A DNA stretch of 63,904 bases, the filler included, from an uncultured Methanosarcinales archaeon (lineage in GTDB: Archaea; Nanobdellota; Nanobdellia; Woesearchaeales; CAYNLP01), in assembly GCA_964398115.1 (NCBI GenBank). It is 3 parts of 3 records of this genome, joined end to end, with 100 filler letters (N's around TTAATTAATTAA, not from the genome) between each part and the next. Parts side by side here need not be neighbours in the genome. Positions count along the whole stretch, not along the records: positions 1 to 24,146 come from CAYNLP010000014.1; 2 more parts are not named here. One strand, given 5' to 3'. Within the stretch, counting starts at the first letter, position 1. The number at the start of each line of letters is the position of its first letter. Below the pieces are notes generated by a model. The model was not told the DNA's origin and searched no databases. It saw only the letters and a program-made list of their open reading frames with translations. Both the position numbers and the translations under genes were made by a program. Positions 8,604 through 18,974 of this stretch are shown in pieces.

Positions 8604-10295
8604 TCATTCTTTATTCAGAACTTTAACTACTTTAGTGAATCTCCCAACAGCGAATCCGAGAATTAATCCTGATAAGAATAGTATAAGAAGGTTGGTATCT
8701 ATATCTGGCATTTGGAAACTCTCTTTTGACTGAGGTGGGAAATATAAGTCTAAGTTGCTCATTACCAAGCTGTATTCTGAAAATATCAGTGCAGAATTCG
8801 GATTTTGATCTTTTAATGCATCTGCGTATTCGTAATAGCTATAGCCGAGGATTGGGAATATCCCTTTTTCTTGTTGCTCCAAAATAACTCTTTTGGTTGC
8901 TTCGAGCTTTTCACTAATTATGTTAGGTACTTCTTGCATATTTACAGTGATTCCTAGTAGGAAGGCGTTGGCTTCTGCTTTAACTTTGCTGCTTTTGAAA
9001 ATGCATAGTGCGTAGTCTCCTCTTTGTTGATCTTGCTTTGCTCTTTGAAGTTCATCTCTGCTGTTGTCTAAAGCTTCAGGTACGATATTTTCAGCATAGT
9101 CTAATCTTTCTTCAGCTTCACTTATTTTTTTAGTACATGCTTGTTGGAGGTGATCTTTATTTACGTTGTAAATTTTACCTCCTAATCCGAAGAATTTGCT
9201 CCATGCGTAAGCACTGAAATACCTTTCTAGAGTGTATCCGAGTTCTTGGCTTGACACGTTAGCGAGGTCTATTTCTTTTATGGAGTTGCTGGCGTCGCTT
9301 AATCTTTCTTTTACTATCATGTAAGTTTCTAAATCGCTTAACGTGGCCAATTCTTGTTCTTCTAATTCTTGATTCAGTTTAGTTATTTTTCTTGTAAGGT
9401 TGCTGACTCTTTCAACTTTGTATTCGTTGCTCCAACTTTGTACTATTTGTTTTTTCAAATCAATGTTTTCGGTGAAGCAATAACTAGCTGCGGTGTAATG
9501 TTTTGATTGATTGAACGCTCTATTTTTTCTTTGTGTGAAGTTTTCTCCTACGCTTGAATTAGGGTTTACTTCTCTAGCTTGTCTTTGTAGTTTTTCTGTA
9601 CGGTCACATAGGATGTCGGCGACGGCTTCCATTCTGTCTAGGTATCTTTGACTTATGTTTATCTTACCTTCTCGTTGTTCGAATTTTTTACCGGTAAAGT
9701 GGTAGAGTGCTTCGTCGATATTTCCTACTTTTTCTACTTGTATTGTTAGTTCTTTTCCAGTTTGGTTTTTGAATTGGGTTTTGTTGAAACTGACCCATTT
9801 TGGTATTAGGACTTTGTCTAGTTCTTTCTCTTGTGCTGCTTCTACTTTTTCATAAGTCCCTGCTACTGGTCCTATTATACCTCCTGAATTTATCGTGCCT
9901 GTTATTGATACTTTATCGTTGAATTTTAGGTCTTTCATGACGGCTGTGGTTAATGCGGCGATGCCTGCTCCTGCACTTGGCCCTCCTACTATTGTGCTAC
10001 TGGCTTTTATTGTGTAGAAGAAATCGTATTTTTCACAATCTAAGTCGTAGTTTTTGCATACTATTTCGTTTGCGAATCTTGTGCTTAATTGCGTGTCTAA
10101 CTTGGTTAGTGGGAAGCTGTCTATAAAGATTCTTCCGTTTCCTTTTCTTACTTGTAGTTGTAGGTCGGCGGTTCCTCCTCTTCTTTCTTCTCCTTCTCCT
10201 GCTACTGTTAGTAAGGTCATTTCTCCGCTTTTTTGACCTAACACGGGTGTGGTTAAGATGGTTAGGAGGAGTATGGTTAGAATTGTTTTTTTCAT
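8604..10295 (-). CDS. Secreted, membrane-anchored S16 (Lon protease domain) serine protease, no ATPase
   Basis: Signal peptide, GGPSAG catalytic Ser, TGTI..G.IGPVAG..EK Lys, C-terminal TM. Confidence 0.85.
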   Translation of the reverse strand: MKKTILTILLLTILTTPVLGQKSGEMTLLTVAGEGEERRGGTADLQLQVRKGNGRIFIDSFPLTKLDTQLSTRFANEIVCKNYDLDCEKYDFFYTIKASSTIVGGPSAGAGIAALTTAVMKDLKFNDKVSITGTINSGGIIGPVAGTYEKVEAAQEKELDKVLIPKWVSFNKTQFKNQTGKELTIQVEKVGNIDEALYHFTGKKFEQREGKINISQRYLDRMEAVADILCDRTEKLQRQAREVNPNSSVGENFTQRKNRAFNQSKHYTAASYCFTENIDLKKQIVQSWSNEYKVERVSNLTRKITKLNQELEEQELATLSDLETYMIVKERLSDASNSIKEIDLANVSSQELGYTLERYFSAYAWSKFFGLGGKIYNVNKDHLQQACTKKISEAEERLDYAENIVPEALDNSRDELQRAKQDQQRGDYALCIFKSSKVKAEANAFLLGITVNMQEVPNIISEKLEATKRVILEQQEKGIFPILGYSYYEYADALKDQNPNSALIFSEYSLVMSNLDLYFPPQSKESFQMPDIDTNLLILFLSGLILGFAVGRFTKVVKVLNKE

Positions 10296-10885
10296 GATTT
10301 CCCTTTGTATCTGCCTCGTCCTTCTACTTCTTTGAGGCGTTCCATAACTTCTTCGTAGGTTTTTGATTTTTTATATCCTTTCTTAAAAGCTTCTAGTGCT
10401 TTTTTGTAGATGTCATGGTGTTTTGCTTCGAGTGCTTCTCTTAACAAGTGTATGTCTACTGCTTTGTCTTCAACCTTTTGTGAAAAAAAGCTTAGTCCGA
10501 AATCTATCAAGTAAATATTGTCTTTTAACATCATGTTGCTCGTTGTAAGGTCGCCGTGTATTATTTCACGGTCGTGCAAGTCTGCTATTATCTTTCCTGT
10601 TTCTTTCATCAACTTTTCTACGTTATCTTTATTGAGTGCGTCTCGTAACCTTTCACCTTCAATGTATTCCATGCGAATTGTTGCTTCTTCTTTCTCTAGC
10701 AGTTGCGGGCCGGGAATTCCTGCCACACTAATTTTTTCCAGAATTTTAGCTTCTCTTTCAGTTCTTTCAGTTCTTAATTTGTTATCAATCTCTTTTATCC
10801 GATAATTTTTCTTAGGTCTTTCTTTAACTATGGAATCATCGTCTAGATATATTACTGCTTCAGCCCCGCGACTAATTTCTTTCAT
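10292..10885 (-). CDS. bud32: KEOPS kinase/ATPase Bud32
   Basis: GAEA, HGDLTTSN, IDFGL, VEDKAVD, RGRY terminus. Confidence 0.95.
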   Translation of the reverse strand: MKEISRGAEAVIYLDDDSIVKERPKKNYRIKEIDNKLRTERTEREAKILEKISVAGIPGPQLLEKEEATIRMEYIEGERLRDALNKDNVEKLMKETGKIIADLHDREIIHGDLTTSNMMLKDNIYLIDFGLSFFSQKVEDKAVDIHLLREALEAKHHDIYKKALEAFKKGYKKSKTYEEVMERLKEVEGRGRYKGKS

Positions 10886-10930
10886 AGAATTGATGTAAAT
10901 TTTTGAGGACTTTAAATTGTTTCCCTTTTG

Positions 10931-11101
10931 TTAGTAACCTTCTGCCATGTCGGATGGAGTCATTTCTTCGTCTGTGAAGAGTCTGTCCATCTCGTCATCG
11001 CTTAGGTTTTTCTGGTTTAGTACTTCGCTGATGTCCTCTTCCTCTTCTTCGTCGTCTCTGATTTCGTTCAACAATTCTTGATCTCTTGGGTCTTGTTCCA
11101 T
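10931..11101 (-). CDS. Small acidic hypothetical protein (56 aa)
   Basis: Manual ORF MEQDPRDQELLNEIRDDEEEEDISEVL...DMAEGY. Confidence 0.55.
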   Translation of the reverse strand: MEQDPRDQELLNEIRDDEEEEEDISEVLNQKNLSDDEMDRLFTDEEMTPSDMAEGY

Positions 11102-11176
11102 TTTTTTGTAGTCACTCGGTATTGTTACGTGAGATGTCCTTTTTAAGTGTTAATGAAAAATAATCGGAAGAATGGG

Positions 11177-11632
11177 TTATTGGTTTTGATAGATTTCTTC
11201 AACAAGGTCTGAACATTTTTTGATTTCATCTGAACTATAGGCTTGAATTGCTTCTTCTCTACCTTCTAGGTTGTGAGCGGCTCTATCTAGAGAATCATAA
11301 GATATGCCTTCTTCAACTGGTATTGGAAGAGCAACTTTTTCACCTGTTGGTATTTGTCCGGGGTCGATGTCGTTTAATTTTTCAAAGTAGAAGGCAGATG
11401 GGTGATGAGTTCTACTTCTACTTTGATTTCCGCTTAGCATTGAGTATAGGTTTGTATCGTCAGCTTCACAAACACTTACTTCTAGCTCTTCACCAGATGT
11501 ACAAGCAGAAGCTGCAATTATTAATGAGGCTAATCCTGCGTTTTTTAAGGTGTTTTTAGCTTGACGTACTTGTTCATTTTCGGTTATTTTTTTGTATGTA
11601 TTTCCTAATTTTTTCAGTATTTCTTCATTCAT
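11177..11632 (-). CDS. Lipoprotein with LysM-like domain
   Basis: Lipobox-like IIAASAC; FEKLNDIDPGQIPTGEKVALP matches the LysM C-terminal half. Confidence 0.5.
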   Translation of the reverse strand: MNEEILKKLGNTYKKITENEQVRQAKNTLKNAGLASLIIAASACTSGEELEVSVCEADDTNLYSMLSGNQSRSRTHHPSAFYFEKLNDIDPGQIPTGEKVALPIPVEEGISYDSLDRAAHNLEGREEAIQAYSSDEIKKCSDLVEEIYQNQ

Positions 11633-11636
11633 TTTT

Positions 11637-11756
11637 TCATGCCTCTAGGTATTCTTCATATTGTTTTTTGGTTAGTTCTTCTTTTATTTCTGAGAGTTTT
11701 TCATCGTCTTCGTGTATCTTGTCTTTTGTTTCTTCTATTGTGTCGTCTAGGCTCAT
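11637..11756 (-). CDS. Small hypothetical protein (39 aa)
   Basis: Manual ORF MSLDDTIEETKDKIHEDDEKLSEIKEELTKKQYEEYLEA with GGGGA SD. Confidence 0.4.
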   Translation of the reverse strand: MSLDDTIEETKDKIHEDDEKLSEIKEELTKKQYEEYLEA

Positions 11757-11829
11757 GTGAATCCCCACTGTTCTTTTATAGTGGTTTAGAAGTATATAAA
11801 TCTTTTGGTTTTTTGTTACTAATAAGTAG

Positions 11830-12144
11830 TTAACTATCTTTTTTTAGTGGGAAACGCATATGGCGATTACACTCAAAACAAGTATATACAACCTTATCAT
11901 TTCGGGTTCGAACACGACAATTACTGCCTGGCCTCAAATAACTATAACAATGTTTACAAAACTTTTTTTGAAGATCAGAAGGGATATTAACTTTGTAATG
12001 CATAGACAGTTCCCTAGCCTTTTCTATATAGCGATCAGCTAAGCTAGGTTCCTCGCTATATATTTCATCGGCTTGTTCAAATAATTCCTTAATTCTTTCT
12101 TCAGCTGTTTTCTTCTCTTCACCTTTGTTACGATGTCTTCCCAT
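11830..12144 (-). CDS. rnp4: RNase P protein Rpp21
   Basis: A.ERI..LF, RY...A, FCKHC..L.PG.N.RVR, CFEC..MRFP. Confidence 0.93.
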   Translation of the reverse strand: MGRHRNKGEEKKTAEERIKELFEQADEIYSEEPSLADRYIEKARELSMHYKVNIPSDLQKKFCKHCYSYLRPGSNCRVRTRNDKVVYTCFECNRHMRFPLKKDS

Positions 12145-12339
12145 AAAGAGGTGGTTGGGAATTACAATTAATAAAATGATTTATTGTCTATATAGAAAAT
12201 AAAAAATATTGGAAAAAACTCCGATACAAAGGCGAATTATAAAGACTTAGCTAAATCCGTAACGACCTGGTATGAAAAGATAACAAAAACTTTATATAAT
12301 TACAAAGACCTGATAGACAAATAAGTTGGGGGTGTTTAC

Positions 12340-12576
12340 ATGATTGTAGCATCAGAAAAAGACTCTGCAAAGCAACAAATGGAAGAACTAGAAAAACACA
12401 TAAGCGACCTATCCAAACAAGAAATGAAAGAACTACTTCTCGTCAACACATACAAACTAAACTTGGTGAGAAGTCAAATGGAAGCAGTCTGCGACGTGTT
12501 AATCGACAATGACCTAACCAGTTACGAAGAAATCTGGGAAAAAACTGACAAAAACTTTAAAAACTCAAATTTGTAA
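12340..12576 (+). CDS. Hypothetical protein
   Basis: 78 aa ORF with GGGGGTG SD upstream of gap. Confidence 0.6.
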   Translation: MIVASEKDSAKQQMEELEKHISDLSKQEMKELLLVNTYKLNLVRSQMEAVCDVLIDNDLTSYEEIWEKTDKNFKNSNL

Positions 12577-12605
12577 AACAGAGTAGAAAAAAAGGGGTGA
12601 GATGA

Positions 12606-13616
12606 TTGATAAGAGTAGCGATAAATGGATTTGGCCGAATCGGCCGAAATGTTTTTCGGGCTGGATACGACCACGAAGACATAGAATTCATAGCGTTCAA
12701 CGACCTAACTGATACAAAAACACTTGCTCACCTTCTCAAATACGACACCGTCCACGGACAATTCCAAGCTGATGTCGACTACACAGAAAACTCACTAATA
12801 GTAGATGGAAGAGAAATAAAAGTCTTCAGCGAAAAAGATCCTGAAAATCTCCCCTGGGATCAATTCGACATAGACGTAGCCGTTGAAAGCACAGGGATAT
12901 TCACAACAACCGAAGGAACAAGGAAACACATCAAAGCCGGAGCGAAAAAAGCCGTACTAAGCGCACCTGTGAAAGAAGGAGATATGAAAACTATAGTGTT
13001 GGGGGTTAACGGAGACATCTACAACGCGGAAGAAGATGATGTCGTGAGCAACGCGTCATGCACCACCAACTGCTTGGCGCCTATGGTCAAGGTCTTGAAC
13101 GATTACTTCGGAATCGACAAAGGCCTCATGACCACCACTCACGCCTACACATCAAGCCAAAACCTGATAGACGGGCCTAACAGAAAAGACTTAAGAAGGG
13201 CAAGGCACGCTGCAGAAAACCTCGTACCAACTACTACTGGCGCGGCTATATCAGTAACAGAAGTAATACCAGAACTCGAAGGAAGACTAGACGGCATGGC
13301 CGTACGCGCACCAGTACCAGACGGGAGCATAACAGACTTCACCGTGAAACTAAACCAAGAAGTAACGAGAGAACAAGTAAACAATGCATTCAAAGAAGCA
13401 AGTGAAGGATACATGAACACTATCATAAGATATGAAGATGAAGAAATAGTCAGCAGTGACATAATAGGCGACCCCGCCAGTTGCATATTCGACAGTCAAA
13501 GCACAAAAGCCATTGGGAACCTAGTAAAAGTAATGGGTTGGTACGACAACGAATGGGGATATAGCAATAGAATGGTCGACATGGTAAAAAAACTAGGATA
13601 CAGCGTTAGAGAATAA
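12606..13616 (+). CDS. gap: Glyceraldehyde-3-phosphate dehydrogenase, type I (bacterial-like)
   Basis: INGFGRIGR, SNASCTTNCL, WYDNEWGYS. Confidence 0.97.
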   Translation: MIRVAINGFGRIGRNVFRAGYDHEDIEFIAFNDLTDTKTLAHLLKYDTVHGQFQADVDYTENSLIVDGREIKVFSEKDPENLPWDQFDIDVAVESTGIFTTTEGTRKHIKAGAKKAVLSAPVKEGDMKTIVLGVNGDIYNAEEDDVVSNASCTTNCLAPMVKVLNDYFGIDKGLMTTTHAYTSSQNLIDGPNRKDLRRARHAAENLVPTTTGAAISVTEVIPELEGRLDGMAVRAPVPDGSITDFTVKLNQEVTREQVNNAFKEASEGYMNTIIRYEDEEIVSSDIIGDPASCIFDSQSTKAIGNLVKVMGWYDNEWGYSNRMVDMVKKLGYSVRE

Positions 13617-13684
13617 AAAACTTCTTCTAAAAACAGAGTAGTTCATAATCTTTTTATACTGTAAACCTGTCCTTCATTAATGCA

Positions 13685-14815
13685 ATGGTCAAGACTGTGA
13701 GGGATTTCGACTTTAATGGAAAAAAAGTTTTGGTACGAACAGATCTCGACGTCCCTATGGAAGACGGGAAAATACGAGACGAATTCAGAATTAAGAAATC
13801 CCTACCAACATTAAACAACATTATGAAACAAAGCGAACAAGTAATAATAATGGGTCACCTCGGCCGGCCAGGTGGAGAAGTAAACCAAGATTTAAGCCTT
13901 AAACCTATAGCGGATAAATTTTCTGAAATACTAGATGAAAACGTAGCTTTCGTAGACGACTGTACTAAAAAAGACTTACCCGATGACAAAGTCGTGGTTT
14001 TAGAAAACGTTAGATTCTACAAAGGTGAAAGAGAAAACAACCCGAGATTCGCTAAAAAACTAGCAAGCCACGGTGAGATTTTCGTAAACGAAGCATTCGC
14101 CGTAAGCCATCGAGAACACGCAAGCACTGCAGGTGTGGCAAAACTACTACCGGGATGTATAGGACTGCAATTCGAGAAAGAACTCAAATACTTAAATTTG
14201 GAAGAACAAGACGACCCAAAAGTAGCTTTGATGGGAGGAGCGAAACTTTCAACCAAGATACCAGTTATTAAGAAATTACTGAAAAAAGTTGATCGCATCC
14301 TACTCGGAGGGGCTATGATGTTCACTTTCTACAAAGCTCAAGGATGGGAGATAGGAAACAGCTTGATAGAAGAAGAATACGTCATGGACGCTAGGACTTT
14401 AATGAACAACGAAAGAATAAAACTCCCTGGAGACGTAGTCGTGGCAGACGGTAGAGAAAGTGAGGAAGGAGAAGTGGTAAGTGCTGATAGCATTCCCGAA
14501 GACAAAATAGGATTAGACATTGGCCCTAAAAGTTTACAAACTTTCAAAGACTACTTGTCAAAAGCTAACACAGTAATCTGGAACGGGCCCATGGGTTACA
14601 ACGAAAACAAAGAATTTGCCAAAGCCACAAACGCAATCGCTGGATACATCGCCAACCTAGACGCAACCACTATAATAGGTGGTGGAGACACCGCCAGCGT
14701 GATTAACCAACTCGGTTTAGAAAATGAATACACTCACGTCTCTACCGGTGGCGGAGCTGCCTTAAACGTTTTAGAAGGTGACAAACTACCCGCGTTAGAA
14801 GCATTAAAAGAATAA
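13685..14815 (+). CDS. pgk: Phosphoglycerate kinase
   Basis: HLGRP, LENVRF, HREHAS, WNGPMG, GGGDT, STGGGA. Confidence 0.97.
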   Translation: MVKTVRDFDFNGKKVLVRTDLDVPMEDGKIRDEFRIKKSLPTLNNIMKQSEQVIIMGHLGRPGGEVNQDLSLKPIADKFSEILDENVAFVDDCTKKDLPDDKVVVLENVRFYKGERENNPRFAKKLASHGEIFVNEAFAVSHREHASTAGVAKLLPGCIGLQFEKELKYLNLEEQDDPKVALMGGAKLSTKIPVIKKLLKKVDRILLGGAMMFTFYKAQGWEIGNSLIEEEYVMDARTLMNNERIKLPGDVVVADGRESEEGEVVSADSIPEDKIGLDIGPKSLQTFKDYLSKANTVIWNGPMGYNENKEFAKATNAIAGYIANLDATTIIGGGDTASVINQLGLENEYTHVSTGGGAALNVLEGDKLPALEALKE

Positions 14816-14819
14816 AAAC

Positions 14820-16037
14820 TTATTCAAATTCTACATTACCCAGTTCTTCAACTTTTTTCCTAATATTCTGTTTCTCCAAACTTAAATTAAGCCTTTCTAA
14901 CTTGTTATCCAACTCTTCTAACTCCTCTTTCTGATCCTCAATTTTCATCTGAGTATTTTCCAAAAAGTCTTCCTGTTCGCTAATATTCATAGCCGTAACA
15001 TTATTCAAAATTTTCTTTTTAACACTATCAATTTCTTCTCTCAAATCTTCCATCCGCTTTCTTCTTTCGTCTAACTCTTCAGTTAATGAATCCAATAATT
15101 TTTCAGCACTTTCCTTTTTCCTATCATTCAAATCTAAACTTTCCAAATTCTCCTCAACTTCTTCCAAAATTTTCCTAATCTTCAGACTAGAATCTTCTTT
15201 CAACTTCTCAATCGGGCTTTCCAAATATTCACTCACAAAATCCTCATCTACAGTGTTATGAGCGTATTTCTTCAAAGCCCTCTCTAAACTTGAAAAATCC
15301 TTACGAATCTCTCTCTTTACACTCTTCAACTGATCTTTCAACTTTTCTTTTTCATTTTTCAAACTTTGATATCGGTCGAAGTCATTACTATTCCTTAAAT
15401 CCTCAATCTTATTCTTAATACGTTCTTTCTTCTCCTGCAACTCCTGAATGTAATCAACAGTATCTTTCTTCTCCTGCAACAATCTTTTTTTCTCCTCCTT
15501 CTTTTCCTTCAACTGCTTGAGCTTTATCCTGATATCATCAACCATGTCTAAATCTTCATCCTCTAACTCTTGCCGGAATTCATTCGCTTTCTCTTTCATT
15601 TCATTAACTTTACTAGCTATCTGCTTAACTTCATTTTCAAAGAATTGTTTCAAAACCATAAAGTTTTTACCGGTTTTTTCTCCTAACTCATCAACTCTTT
15701 CACTAAGTTTACTGCTGAAATAACCCACGTCATTATAGTCATCGGGGATTTCAACTTCATTAATGAAACGCTTCATAGCTTTAACATAATGTTTCCTGTT
15801 TCCTTTCATCAAGTTCTTCTCTTGATCTGGAATGTCTGGATTCATCAAATCTTTATCTTCTAACTCGTCAACACGTTCTTTTAACTCTTTCAAATCATCT
15901 GTTAATTCTTTCTTAAAACTCTTCATTCTTTTCTCTAGCTTTTTTTCACTCATGAATTCATCTAACCATTGTGGAATATCTTCAAAAGAAATTACGTCAG
16001 GTTCCTCCTCTTCCTTAAACCAATCCAAAAAGCCCAT
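14820..16037 (-). CDS. Long coiled-coil hypothetical protein
   Basis: 405 aa E/K heptad-rich ORF. Confidence 0.7.
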   Translation of the reverse strand: MGFLDWFKEEEEPDVISFEDIPQWLDEFMSEKKLEKRMKSFKKELTDDLKELKERVDELEDKDLMNPDIPDQEKNLMKGNRKHYVKAMKRFINEVEIPDDYNDVGYFSSKLSERVDELGEKTGKNFMVLKQFFENEVKQIASKVNEMKEKANEFRQELEDEDLDMVDDIRIKLKQLKEKKEEKKRLLQEKKDTVDYIQELQEKKERIKNKIEDLRNSNDFDRYQSLKNEKEKLKDQLKSVKREIRKDFSSLERALKKYAHNTVDEDFVSEYLESPIEKLKEDSSLKIRKILEEVEENLESLDLNDRKKESAEKLLDSLTEELDERRKRMEDLREEIDSVKKKILNNVTAMNISEQEDFLENTQMKIEDQKEELEELDNKLERLNLSLEKQNIRKKVEELGNVEFE

Positions 16038-16160
16038 AAGAAACGTTATACAAGTATGGTTTAAATGAGTTTCTTCTTATAACATGTGTGAAATGAACTC
16101 TAATTTTCGAAGATATTAAAATTTCTATAATTCATAATTAAAGATATAAAAAACCGGAAG

Positions 16161-16178
16161 CTCACCTCTTTTTCCCGG
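16161..16178. repeat. 18-bp intergenic repeat copy 2
   Basis: Exact match to 8549-8566. Confidence 0.7.
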
Positions 16179-16238
16179 TTGAGCAATAAAAAATCTAGAG
16201 CGATAACTTATAAATTTTTATTACTATGAATGAGTGAA

Positions 16239-16541
16239 TTAACTGTTGGATTTTTCTTTCAACCATTCAACACGATCTTCAATAATCTCAGCCGCTTTCT
16301 CCTTCGCTGCGTCGCTAATATCACGCGCTAACTTACCATCTCCAAAGACTTCTTCAATCCACTCACTGAAATGATTATACCCTTCACCAACGTGAAAGTT
16401 GTAAACATCTTCACGCATATCTTTCAAAGAATCAGCTAAACTCTCCAAACTGTCAATATACTTAAAATTCTGAGTTTCGAAGGCTTCCTCATAAACTTCT
16501 TTCAATGCTTCCTTAGCCTGTTCTGCACTTCTGATAGCCAT
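16239..16541 (-). CDS. DUF5752-like small protein
   Basis: SLESLADSL..M..DVYNFHV....NHFSEWIEEVFGD..LA pattern. Confidence 0.6.
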   Translation of the reverse strand: MAIRSAEQAKEALKEVYEEAFETQNFKYIDSLESLADSLKDMREDVYNFHVGEGYNHFSEWIEEVFGDGKLARDISDAAKEKAAEIIEDRVEWLKEKSNS

Positions 16542-16640
16542 TAGTCCACCTCTTTTTCTCTTTTCGTAGAAAAAACTCCTATATAAATCCTTTCTCTAAT
16601 CGTAACCTATTTAAACCTATTGGAATTCGAAATTTTCACG

Positions 16641-18929
16641 ATGGCTGAAGACGAAAAAGACGAACTCAGACTCAAGGTCGCAGAAGCAATACAAGACGAC
16701 GTAAACAAAGGCATCATAAGGATTGACAGTTCTTACATGAAACAACTGGATGTACATCCAGGAGATGTTATAGAAGTAGAAGGAGAAAGAAAAACCGTAG
16801 GCATCGCTGACCGTGCCCTACCCGGAGATATCGGTTTAAACATCGTACGAATGGATCCATTAATAAGAAGAAACGCTAAAACCACAATCGGAGAACTTGT
16901 AACAGTAAGTAAAGCAGATGTTAACGAAGCAGACAAAGTAACAATAGCACCAGCCAGAGAAGGCGTTATGATAAGAGCAAATCCAAACATATTCAAACAA
17001 GGACTTCTAGGAAGAGCAGTCAAGAAAGGCGACCTAGTCAGCCTAGGAGGTGCCCGCAGAAGAAGAACAACAATGAGTGACAATCCATTCTTCGATGACA
17101 TGTTCAGCATGCTAGACGACACCATGCTAGGATTTGGATTAGGAGATTTGAAATTCGTAGTTGTCAACACTGACCCAGGCGGACCAGTCATGATAACAGA
17201 ACAAACCAACGTAGAATTCAATCCAGAAGCGGTAGAAGTTGAAGAAGAAAAACCAATAGACGTGACATACGAAGACATCGGAGGCTTAGACGACGAACTG
17301 AAGAAAGTACGAGAAATGGTTGAACTCCCACTCAAACATCCAGAAGTGTTTGAACGTTTAGGAATTGAACCACCGAAAGGTGTCCTTCTCCATGGGCCTC
17401 CAGGTACTGGAAAGACTTTACTCGCAAAAGCAGTTGCTAACGAAAGCGACGCAAATTTCTTACTCATAAACGGTCCTGAAATAATGAGCAAGTACTACGG
17501 CCAGTCAGAAGAAAACCTGAGAAAGAAGTTCGAAGAAGCAGAAGAAAACAGCCCAAGCATAATATTCATAGATGAACTCGACGCTATCGCAAGCAAGAGA
17601 GAAGAAAGCAGAGGTGAAGTGGAAAGAAGAGTAGTTGCACAGCTACTTGCCTTAATGGATGGATTAGAAAGCAGAGAGAAAGTTATCGTCATTGCAGCGA
17701 CAAACATCCCACAAGAACTAGACCCAGCGCTTAGAAGGCCTGGAAGGTTTGATCGAGAACTTGAAATTGGCGTTCCAAGCAACGAAGGAAGACTTGACAT
17801 ACTCAAAATCCATACAAGAAACATGCCACTTGCAGATGACGTGGACTTAGAAAAAATTTCAGAAACCACCCACGGATTTGTAGGTGCAGACATAGCCTCG
17901 TTAGCAAAAGAAGCAGCTATGATAGTACTGCGTCGTGTACTACCAGATATAGACTTAGAAGAAGACGAAGACATACCAGAAGATGTGTTAAGCGACTTGC
18001 AAATAACCATGGAGGACTTCAGAGAAGCACTCAAAGTCGTAAGACCGTCCGCCATGAGAGAAGTAATGATAGAAATTCCAAACGTGAGCTGGGATGACGT
18101 TGGTGGAATGAAAGATGTCAAGCAAGAACTCATGGAAGCCGTGGAATGGCCGCTTACCAGTCGTGACAGCTTTGAAAGAATGGGTATAAACCCACCGAAA
18201 GGTGTTCTATTATACGGGCCTCCAGGTACTGGAAAGACTTTACTTGCAAAAGCAGTTGCTAACGAAAGCGACGCGAACTTCATCTTAGTGAAAGGGCCAG
18301 AACTACTCAGCAAATGGGTTGGAGAATCTGAAAAAGCAGTTAGGAAAGTATTCGAAAAAGCCAAGCAAACCAGTCCAACCATTGTATTCTTCGATGAGAT
18401 AGACTCCGTAGCTCCAAAAAGAGGAGGAAGCAACGACAGCAACGTAACAGAAAGAGTAGTGAACCAACTCTTGACAGAAATAGATGGCTTGCAAGATTTG
18501 AATGACGTTGTTGTAGTCGCAGCGACGAACAGGCCAGACATAATCGACACAGCACTCTTAAGACCGGGACGATTTGACCGGATAATAATGGCACCCGTGC
18601 CAGACGAAGACGCCAGAAGAGAAATCTTCAAGGTTCACACAAGAGACATGCCACTTTCAGATGATATAGACTTAGAGAAATTGGTGAGAAAAACAGAAAA
18701 CTACGTCGGATCAGACATTGAAGCAGTCTGTAAAGAAGCAGCAATCCTCGCATTAAGAGAAGACATGGAAGCTGAAGAAGTCGAATGGAAACACTTCGAA
18801 GAAGCTCTCAACAAAGTAAGTCCAAGCGTTACCGACGAAGTAGAAGAAGAATACAAAGAAATGTCCAAGCATTTCAGAAGTGCACAAGCAGAAGAAATGC
18901 AAAGAGAAAAACCCGTCTACTACGGCTAG
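16641..18929 (+). CDS. cdc48: Cdc48/VAT double AAA+ ATPase with C-terminal HbYX (YYG)
   Basis: Two [23 protein letters not shown] x2; ATG 16641 preferred. Confidence 0.97.
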   Translation: MAEDEKDELRLKVAEAIQDDVNKGIIRIDSSYMKQLDVHPGDVIEVEGERKTVGIADRALPGDIGLNIVRMDPLIRRNAKTTIGELVTVSKADVNEADKVTIAPAREGVMIRANPNIFKQGLLGRAVKKGDLVSLGGARRRRTTMSDNPFFDDMFSMLDDTMLGFGLGDLKFVVVNTDPGGPVMITEQTNVEFNPEAVEVEEEKPIDVTYEDIGGLDDELKKVREMVELPLKHPEVFERLGIEPPKGVLLHGPPGTGKTLLAKAVANESDANFLLINGPEIMSKYYGQSEENLRKKFEEAEENSPSIIFIDELDAIASKREESRGEVERRVVAQLLALMDGLESREKVIVIAATNIPQELDPALRRPGRFDRELEIGVPSNEGRLDILKIHTRNMPLADDVDLEKISETTHGFVGADIASLAKEAAMIVLRRVLPDIDLEEDEDIPEDVLSDLQITMEDFREALKVVRPSAMREVMIEIPNVSWDDVGGMKDVKQELMEAVEWPLTSRDSFERMGINPPKGVLLYGPPGTGKTLLAKAVANESDANFILVKGPELLSKWVGESEKAVRKVFEKAKQTSPTIVFFDEIDSVAPKRGGSNDSNVTERVVNQLLTEIDGLQDLNDVVVVAATNRPDIIDTALLRPGRFDRIIMAPVPDEDARREIFKVHTRDMPLSDDIDLEKLVRKTENYVGSDIEAVCKEAAILALREDMEAEEVEWKHFEEALNKVSPSVTDEVEEEYKEMSKHFRSAQAEEMQREKPVYYG

Positions 18930-18974
18930 AAAAAATTCTTTTCCCTCTTTTTCCTTTTATTACTACCCTATAAG

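Noticed and set aside
14820..16037. SMC/Rad50 call for the coiled-coil protein
   Set aside because: No Walker A/B, hinge or zinc hook
16733..18631. Long antisense ORFs opposite cdc48 (similar ones opposite ftsZ, lig, thrS, gatD, mcm, tbp)
   Set aside because: Ser/Phe-rich shadow frames of well-supported genes
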